This document shows positions 40,168 through 46,531 of a stretch of DNA of 64,000 nucleotides, one piece after another. The translations under genes and the position numbers were made by a program. The stretch is from Paracoccaceae bacterium (lineage in GTDB: Bacteria; Pseudomonadota; Alphaproteobacteria; Rhodobacterales; Rhodobacteraceae). The notes beneath the pieces were generated by a model. It had not been told where the DNA came from, did no database searches, and saw nothing but the letters and a program-made list of their open reading frames with translations. Location of the stretch: assembly GCA_965219015.1 (NCBI GenBank), contig CBDCNH010000013.1, positions 727,474 to 791,473 of the forward strand, given 5' to 3'. Position 1 is the stretch's first letter. Every line of letters begins with the position of its first letter.

Positions 40168-40199
40168 GGCGATGAGGGGTCGAGCCCGATACGGACAGC
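40168..40199. repeat. 32-bp perfect direct repeat, copy 2
   Basis: GGCGATGAGGGGTCGAGCCCGATACGGACAGC, identical to 40009-40040. The 127 bp between the copies is unique sequence. Confidence 0.9.
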
Positions 40200-40553
40200 G
40201 CGAACGGGAGGCGTTCCAGGAGATCGAGTGTAACCGCTCTGGTGATCGCGCTGGGGAGCCGGCTCAACGACCCCGCGACCTTGAAGTCTTCCGAGCCTGC
40301 GCGCGGCTGCCGCCTCGCGCATGTCCATCCGGCGGCCGGGGAGATCGGCCGGCGCTATCCGCCCGACGTCGCCACCGTCGCGGACCCGAGCGTCGCCGAA
40401 GTGCCGGCGGGGCTCGCGCCCAAGCGGCGGCATGGCACGATGCGCGGAGCGGCGCGACGGGAGCTTGGCCCGCAGCCGGGGCCGGTCGACACGGCCGAGG
40501 CGATGCGCGTGCTGAACGACCGGCTGCGGGCTTCCCCGGCGCCCCGGCGCTGA
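40200..40553 (+). pseudogene. Central-domain fragment of a TPP-dependent (acetolactate-synthase-like) enzyme
   Basis: LVIALGSRLND...RLAHVHPAAGEIGRRYPPDVATVADP matches the conserved DLV.ALG.R..D ... IH.DIDP.EIG.NY...... V.D block. It has no N- or C-terminal domain and begins right after repeat copy 2. Confidence 0.5.
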
Positions 40554-40559
40554 CCTGAG

Positions 40560-41133
40560 AGGGCGCGGATGCGGCACCCGTGCTGCCGCTCGGCGCATCC
40601 CGCCATCGGCGGCGCGCACCCTCGCCGTGGCACGCAACCTGCGAGCCACCGAAATCGCTGGCGTGGAAATCCGGACCTTCGCCTATGCCGTGGCTCTGGC
40701 GGGGCGCGAGCCGCGCACGCTCGACGGGGTCGGCCACGCCATCGCTTTCGCGGTGGCGACGATGCTGGTCCGGCGGCGGATCGGGCCGGACGAGCCTTCC
40801 CTGCCGACGCCCGACGATGCCGAACTCACCGCGCGTTCGATCCGGCCGCGCTGGGCCGCGGTGGCTCTGGTGCTGACGGACGGGCGGAGGCTCGAGGGCC
40901 AGCCCCGTATGCCGCGCGGCGATCCTGACAATCCCTTGACCGACGCCGAGGTCGCGACGAAGTTTCACGTCTTCGCGGATGGCGTCGCCGGTCCTGCGCG
41001 GCCAGATCAGACCGAGGCGCCGGCGACCGCGTTCGACGCGCTTGGACCCGCCGACCTCGGCGTGCTTTTTGACCTCTGTCTCTCTGGATGCGACAAGCGG
41101 TCACAGTTTGCCCCGGCTCGGAACCCTATGTGA
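40560..41133 (+). pseudogene. C-terminal fragment of an MmgE/PrpD-family protein
   Basis: GVEIRTFAYAV...AIAFAVATMLV...VLTDGRRLEG...PRGDPDNPLTDAEVATKFHVFA matches the PrpD C-terminal domain. About 170 of an expected 450 aa remain. Confidence 0.5.
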
Positions 41134-41146
41134 ACCTGACGGTTCA
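41121..41146. promoter_or_regulatory. Candidate operator upstream of emrA: GAAC-N7-GAAC overlapping a TGAACC-N4-GGTTCA palindrome
   Basis: GAACCCTATGTGAACCTGACGGTTCA was read directly. It lies 25-50 nt before the emrA GTG (41171). Confidence 0.3.
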
Positions 41147-41170
41147 GTCGCTGATTTGAGGAACAAAGCC

Positions 41171-42409
41171 GTGGATGATCGAGTCGAAACGGATTTCGAG
41201 AAAGCGCTTTTGGTGCGGGTCGATCGGCTCGAGGCGCGGGCGCGGGCCCGCGATTCCGAGGCGGACGCCAAGACCGACGCCGACGCGAGCGGCGACCAGG
41301 ATGACGGTGACGACGACGATGATGGCGATGGCGAGCAGCAGCCGAAGAAGCCGCTCCTCAGGCGCCCCGTGTTCTGGATCGTCATCGTGCTCGTCATCGT
41401 CGGGATCGCCGCGGGCGTGGCCTATTGGTGGACGCGGGTCCGGCCCTTCGCGAGCACGGACGATGCCTTCATCGGCGCAGATATCGTCAACATCGTTCCA
41501 CAGGTCACCGGCAAGATCGTGACGGTCCCGGTCGGCGCGAACACGCGCGTGGCCGCGGGCGACCTCCTCGCGCGGATCGACAGCGCGGAGTATCGGGCCC
41601 AGCTCGACACCGCGAAGGCCGCGGTCTCGCGAGCGCGCGCGGGCGTCCTGCAGGCCGAAGCGGGCATCACCGAGGCGAAGGCGATGGTCGCCGAGGCGGA
41701 AGCGCAGAGCGCGGCGCTCGATTCCAACGCGCAGAACGCGGCCGACACGCTTCGGCGCGACCAGGAGATTTTCGACGCGGGCAACAACGCCATTCCGGAG
41801 AAGACCGTCGTCGATGCACGCGCCGCGGCGCAAGCCGCCAAGGCCCAGGCCCAGGCCGGCCAACGCGCCGTGGAGACCGCCCGGACCGGCGTCACGTCCG
41901 CGGAAGCGGAGGCGACAGCGGCGAAGGCCCAGGTCGCGTCCGCGCAGGCCGATCTCGAGAGCGCGCGCATCACCTTCGGCTACGGCGACCTCGTCGCGCC
42001 GATCGCGGGGCAGGTCGTGCAGAAGACGATCAACACCGGCTCCTACGTCCAGCCCGGCATGGCGATCATGGCGATCGTGCCGGACGACCTTTATGTCACG
42101 GCGAACTACAAGGAGACGCAGCTCGGCAGCGTCCGCCCCGGCCAGAGCGTCGACATCCACGTCGACGCCTTCCCGAACGTGACCTTCACCGGTCGCGTCA
42201 TCTCGATCCAGCACGGCGCGGGGCAGGCGTTCCAGCTCCTGCCGCCGCAGAACGCGACGGGCAACTACGTCAAGGTCGTGCAGCGCGTGCCGGTCCGCAT
42301 CTCCATCGAGAACGCCGACCGGGACCGCTATCCGCTCGGGCCCGGCATGTCGGTGGTGCCCTCGATCCGCATCGACAGCGTGCCGGACGACCGGCCGAAG
42401 GACAACTGA
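41171..42409 (+). CDS. emrA: HlyD/EmrA-family multidrug efflux periplasmic adaptor
   Basis: A GAGGAA lies 7 nt before the GTG at 41171. Acidic N-terminus, TM helix VFWIVIVLVIVGIAAGVAYWW, a long Ala/Gln-rich coiled coil, and C-terminal GNYVKVVQRVPVRI. Confidence 0.85.
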   Translation: MDDRVETDFEKALLVRVDRLEARARARDSEADAKTDADASGDQDDGDDDDDGDGEQQPKKPLLRRPVFWIVIVLVIVGIAAGVAYWWTRVRPFASTDDAFIGADIVNIVPQVTGKIVTVPVGANTRVAAGDLLARIDSAEYRAQLDTAKAAVSRARAGVLQAEAGITEAKAMVAEAEAQSAALDSNAQNAADTLRRDQEIFDAGNNAIPEKTVVDARAAAQAAKAQAQAGQRAVETARTGVTSAEAEATAAKAQVASAQADLESARITFGYGDLVAPIAGQVVQKTINTGSYVQPGMAIMAIVPDDLYVTANYKETQLGSVRPGQSVDIHVDAFPNVTFTGRVISIQHGAGQAFQLLPPQNATGNYVKVVQRVPVRISIENADRDRYPLGPGMSVVPSIRIDSVPDDRPKDN

Positions 42410-42411
42410 GC

Positions 42412-43965
42412 GTGCCCGGCGAGTTCGATCCACGCCGTTCGGCAGCGGGGCCCGGCGGGCCTTGGGTCATGACGGCCGTGATCTCCATCGCGACCTTCAT
42501 GGAGATCCTCGACACGTCGATCGCCAACGTGTCGCTCGCCAACATCGCCGGCAACCTCGGGGTCAGCGGCGAGCAGGCGACGTGGACGGTGACATCCTAC
42601 CTCGTCGCCAACGCGATCATCATCCCGATCTCGGGGTTCCTGTCGCGCGCCATCGGGCGCAAGCGCTACTTCATGCTGTCGATCGGGCTCTTCACGGCGG
42701 CGTCCTTCGTCTGCGCGATCTCGACGAGCCTTTCGATGCTGGTCATCGCGCGCGTGTTCCAGGGCATCGGCGGCGGCGGGCTCGCGCCCGTCGAGCAATC
42801 CATGATCACCGACAGCTTCCCGGCTGCAAAACGCGGGCAGGCGTTCGCGGCGTTCGGGCTCGTCGTCGTGGTGGCCCCGATCATCGGCCCGACCATCGGC
42901 GGCTGGGTGACGGACACGATCTCGTGGCACTGGATCTTCCTCGTCAACATCCCCGTCGGCGCGCTGGCGCTCTTCCTCACGCAGATCTTCTCGAAGGAGT
43001 CGGACCTTCTCGTCCGGGAGCGCGAGAAGCGGCTGAAGAAGGGCCTCAGCGTCGATTACGTGGGCTTCATCCTGACCGCCATCGGCCTGGCCGGGCTCCT
43101 CATCACGCTCGACCGCGGGCAGACGGAGAACTGGTTCGAGAGCAACCTCATCATCACCACGACCGCGATGGCGGTCCTCGGCCTGACGGCGATGGTGATC
43201 TGGGAGACCGGCCATCCGGACCCGATCGTGCCGCTGAACCTCCTCCGCATCCCGAACTTCGCGATCTCGGTCCTGATGATCATGGTCCTCGGCATCCTCG
43301 TGTTCGGCACGATCCAGATCATTCCGCAGATGCTCCAGGCGGTCTACGGCTACACCGCGCTCAGCGCAGGGCTCGTGCTCACGATCGGAGGCTGCATCGC
43401 GATCCCGATGATGCCGCTGAGCGGCGTGCTGACCTCCAAGATCGACACGCGCATCCTCCTCTTCGTCGCTTTCGCGTCGCAGGGCTATGCGTTCTGGCTG
43501 TTCAGCCAGTTCTCGACCGCGAGCACCTTCGGAGACGCGGCCTGGGGGCGGTTCTACATGTCGGTGGCGCTGCCGTTCCTCTTCATCCCGATCAACACGG
43601 TGGCCTACATCGGGCTGCCGGCCGATGCCGGCGACAAGGCTTCGGCGATGCTCAACTTCTTCCGCAACCTCGGCGGCGCGTTCGGCATCTCCATCGCGCA
43701 GACGATGCTGGTGCGGCGCGACCAGTTCCATCAGGCGCGGATCACCGAAGGGCTCAACCCGCTCAATCCCGGCTTCGAGACGACCGCGACTGCGCTTCGC
43801 GGGGCCGTCGGCGGTCGCCAGGAGGCGCTGGGCCTGATCTACCAGCAGGCGCAGCAGCAGGCGCAGATGCTGAGCTACGTCGAGGTGTTTCGCACCCTGA
43901 TGTGGGGCGTGATCCTGGTGCTGCCGATCATCTTCTTTCTGCGGACGGCGAGCACCCGGGACTAG
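42412..43965 (+). CDS. emrB: DHA2-family MFS multidrug efflux pump (EmrB/QacA type, 14 TM)
   Basis: FMEILDTSIANVSL, RVFQGIGGGG and GPTIGGW motifs. GTG start 2 nt after the emrA stop; an alternative ATG lies at 42469. Confidence 0.85.
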   Translation: MPGEFDPRRSAAGPGGPWVMTAVISIATFMEILDTSIANVSLANIAGNLGVSGEQATWTVTSYLVANAIIIPISGFLSRAIGRKRYFMLSIGLFTAASFVCAISTSLSMLVIARVFQGIGGGGLAPVEQSMITDSFPAAKRGQAFAAFGLVVVVAPIIGPTIGGWVTDTISWHWIFLVNIPVGALALFLTQIFSKESDLLVREREKRLKKGLSVDYVGFILTAIGLAGLLITLDRGQTENWFESNLIITTTAMAVLGLTAMVIWETGHPDPIVPLNLLRIPNFAISVLMIMVLGILVFGTIQIIPQMLQAVYGYTALSAGLVLTIGGCIAIPMMPLSGVLTSKIDTRILLFVAFASQGYAFWLFSQFSTASTFGDAAWGRFYMSVALPFLFIPINTVAYIGLPADAGDKASAMLNFFRNLGGAFGISIAQTMLVRRDQFHQARITEGLNPLNPGFETTATALRGAVGGRQEALGLIYQQAQQQAQMLSYVEVFRTLMWGVILVLPIIFFLRTASTRD

Positions 43966-45473
43966 CCCGGGCCGCGCCCGGCCATCCGGGGCACCATGCC
44001 GGTGACACCGTCGTCGAAGCCGAGCGCGAGGACTGCGTCGGTGCGGTCGTCCCGGCGAAAATCCATCCGGAAAGTTTCGCCGTCGGGCGCGCCGGCGATG
44101 GCGTCCCAAGCCTCCGCATGGCCGGTGTAGGTGTAGGAGCCCTTGGCCTGCTGCATCGTCCAGAAGAACGGCGTGCCGTCGTAGACATGGCCCTGGCCCA
44201 GCATGTTGCGCGCGGCCAGCTCGCCCGTCTCCTGGGCGAAGCGCCAGTGCTCGATCCTGACCGGCCCCCAAGGGGTCGGCACCCGCGCGATGTCGCCGGC
44301 GGCGAAGACGCCCGGCGCGCCGGGGACGCCAAGGCCGGGCTCGACCGCGATGCCGCCGTCGTCGCCGGTCTCGAACGGCAGCCAGCCGGTCCGCGGGCTC
44401 GCGCCCACGGCGACGAGCACGAGGTCGGCGGGAACCGGATCCATGCCTTCGACGCGCACCTCGCTCACCCGGCCGGCGCCGCCGAGGCCCGTGACCTTTG
44501 CACCGGTGACGACGCGGACGCCTGCCGCCTCGTGCTCGGCGAGGATGCGGCGTCCGAAGGCGTCGCCGAACTTGCCGGCGAGCGGCAGGTCTTCGGTGGC
44601 GATGACCGTGACCTCGAAGCCCTCGCGCTGGGACAAAGCCGCGGCCGCCTCGAGCCCGATGAAGCCCGCGCCGATCACGACGACGTGCCGCGCTCCGTCG
44701 AGTGCCGCGCGGAACGCCTTGGCATCGGCGAGGGTGCGGAGCGTGTGAACGCCCTCCAGGTCGGCACCCGGCACATCGAGCGTGCGCGCGTCCGAGCCCG
44801 TGGCGAGCAGGAGCGCATCGGCGGCGAGCGTCATGCCGTCGGCGAGGGTCAGCGTGCGCGTCTCGGGATCGAGCGACTGCGCGCGCGCATCGAGGATCTC
44901 GATTCCAGCCGCGGCAATCGCGTCGCGGTCGCGAAGCACCGGATCGTCCGGCGTCTCGTCCGCCTTGAGGTACGCCTTCGAGAGATCCGTCCGGTCGTAG
45001 GGCGTGGTCGTCTCGCCGGCGACCACCGTCAGGCGCCCGGCGAAACCCTCGCGGCGCAGCATCTCCGCCGCGCGCCAGCCGGCGCCGCCGTTCCCGACGA
45101 TTACGAAGTGCCGCGCATCGTCCCCTCGCCCGGTCATCGCGGGAACGGGGTGGGGCACGTCGTCATCGGGCACCGTGACATGGACCGCGCCGTCCGCCAG
45201 CCGCACCTTGTAGCGCGCCAGCCCTTCGCAGGCGGGCGGCGCCAGCAGCGCGCCGGTCGCGAGGTCGAACGCCGCCCGGTGCGCCGCGCAGACGATCCGA
45301 CCGCCCTCGACGAGCCCCTTCGCCAGCGGCACGCCCTTGTGCGGGCAGAGCCCGGCCAGGGCGTGGACCGCGTCGCCCTGCCGCACCAGCACGACCTTGG
45401 TGTCCCCGAGCGTCACTTCGTGCGGCTTGCCATCAGGCAGGTCGGCGAGAACGGCGGCGCGGTGTTCGGTCAT
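43962..45473 (-). CDS. Rieske [2Fe-2S] domain fused to an FAD/NAD(P)-dependent pyridine nucleotide-disulfide oxidoreductase
   Basis: Start at MTEHRAAVLADL (ATG 45471-45473). Rieske ligand motifs CPHKG and CAAHRAAF, FAD motif VIVGNGGAG, NAD motif VVIGAGFIGLE, and AAGDIA. Confidence 0.85.
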   Translation of the reverse strand: MTEHRAAVLADLPDGKPHEVTLGDTKVVLVRQGDAVHALAGLCPHKGVPLAKGLVEGGRIVCAAHRAAFDLATGALLAPPACEGLARYKVRLADGAVHVTVPDDDVPHPVPAMTGRGDDARHFVIVGNGGAGWRAAEMLRREGFAGRLTVVAGETTTPYDRTDLSKAYLKADETPDDPVLRDRDAIAAAGIEILDARAQSLDPETRTLTLADGMTLAADALLLATGSDARTLDVPGADLEGVHTLRTLADAKAFRAALDGARHVVVIGAGFIGLEAAAALSQREGFEVTVIATEDLPLAGKFGDAFGRRILAEHEAAGVRVVTGAKVTGLGGAGRVSEVRVEGMDPVPADLVLVAVGASPRTGWLPFETGDDGGIAVEPGLGVPGAPGVFAAGDIARVPTPWGPVRIEHWRFAQETGELAARNMLGQGHVYDGTPFFWTMQQAKGSYTYTGHAEAWDAIAGAPDGETFRMDFRRDDRTDAVLALGFDDGVTGMVPRMAGRGPG

Positions 45474-45510
45474 GACGGGCTCCTTTGCGCCACGAACGCC
45501 CCTGTGTTGC

Positions 45511-45732
45511 TCATCGTTCCGGCGGGCGGCGGACCCGCGGTGCCGCAGCCAGCGCCAGCGCCCGGAGGCCGGGCCCGCCCGCGGCGACCACCGCCAGGAA
45601 CTCGCGGCGGAGGACGGGATCCCAGAAGTCCGACAGATGCTGCGCCATCGCCTCGACGCGGCCGGCCTCGGGCTGGCTTTCGAAGAACCGCGCGATGTCG
45701 TTGGCCATCCGGACGATCTTCTCAGGCGGCAC
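45511..45732 (-). CDS. fdsD: Formate dehydrogenase delta subunit
   Basis: 73 aa with IVRMANDIARFF...HLSDFWDPVLR, typical of FdsD. It is the last gene of the fds cluster. Confidence 0.75.
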   Translation of the reverse strand: MPPEKIVRMANDIARFFESQPEAGRVEAMAQHLSDFWDPVLRREFLAVVAAGGPGLRALALAAAPRVRRPPER

Positions 45733-46528
45733 CGGCGGCGGCCCCGATCCCGCTCAGACGCTCGACATGGCAGAACACCTCGCAGCCGTCGTCGCGCGCG
45801 AGGCCCACAAGCGCCAGCCCGGCGGCGTCCGCAACCGCCACCGCCTGCGCGGTCGGCGCCGACACCCCGACCAGCACCGGGACGCCCATCAGCGCGCATT
45901 TCTGCACGAGGTCGATGGAGATGCGGCTCGTCAGGATCACGGCGCCGGCGGCCGGAAGAGCGCCGCGCGCCAGCGCGCCCGCCAGCTTGTCCAGCGCGTT
46001 GTGCCGGCCCACGTCCTCGCGGACCGGCCCGAGGCTGCCGTCCGGGCGCATCAGCGCCGCTGCGTGAACCGCGCGGGTCGCGTCGTGGAGCGGCTGCCGG
46101 CCCGGCAGCGCCGCCACGGCCGCAAGGAGCGCCGCCGCATCGACCGGCGGCCCGGCACCCAGCACCGGCAGCGGCCGGAGCGCGCCGTCGATGCTGTCGA
46201 TGCCGCAGAGCCCGCAGCCGACCGGCCCCGCCATCGTGCGTCGCCGCGCCGCGAGCCGGGCCGCGGCGGGCTCGGCGAGCCAGGTCTGCACGTCGATGCC
46301 GCGCTCCGTCGCGACGACGGCCATGTCGAGGATCTCGGCGCCCGAGGCGATGCCCTCGGTCAGCGCGAAGCCGGTCGCGAAGTCCTCGAGCGCATCGGGC
46401 GTCGCCATCATCACCGCCTGCGTCGAGCCGTTGAAGCTCAGCGCCACCGCGACCTCGTCGGGGAGCGTCCGGCGCCGCTCCGCGGCCCGCCCGTCGCGGA
46501 GCGCGAGCGAGGAGACGGCGCGATGCAC
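45722..46528 (-). CDS. fdhD: Formate dehydrogenase accessory sulfurtransferase FdhD (FdsC)
   Basis: GPVGCGLCG, DVGRHNALDK, and a SRISIDLVQK-type tail. Confidence 0.9.
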   Translation of the reverse strand: MHRAVSSLALRDGRAAERRRTLPDEVAVALSFNGSTQAVMMATPDALEDFATGFALTEGIASGAEILDMAVVATERGIDVQTWLAEPAAARLAARRRTMAGPVGCGLCGIDSIDGALRPLPVLGAGPPVDAAALLAAVAALPGRQPLHDATRAVHAAALMRPDGSLGPVREDVGRHNALDKLAGALARGALPAAGAVILTSRISIDLVQKCALMGVPVLVGVSAPTAQAVAVADAAGLALVGLARDDGCEVFCHVERLSGIGAAAGAA

Positions 46529-46531
46529 CCG

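Noticed and set aside
40009-40199. Considered whether the two 32-bp repeats are a mini CRISPR array.
   Set aside because: There are only two copies, the spacer is 127 bp (far longer than CRISPR spacers), no cas genes are present, and the repeat has no internal palindrome.
40627-41133. The 168-aa ORF, considered as an intact small gene.
   Set aside because: It corresponds only to the C-terminal third of an MmgE/PrpD protein. The in-frame upstream sequence continues the homology-like pattern without a start, and there is no ribosome-binding site at the GTG.
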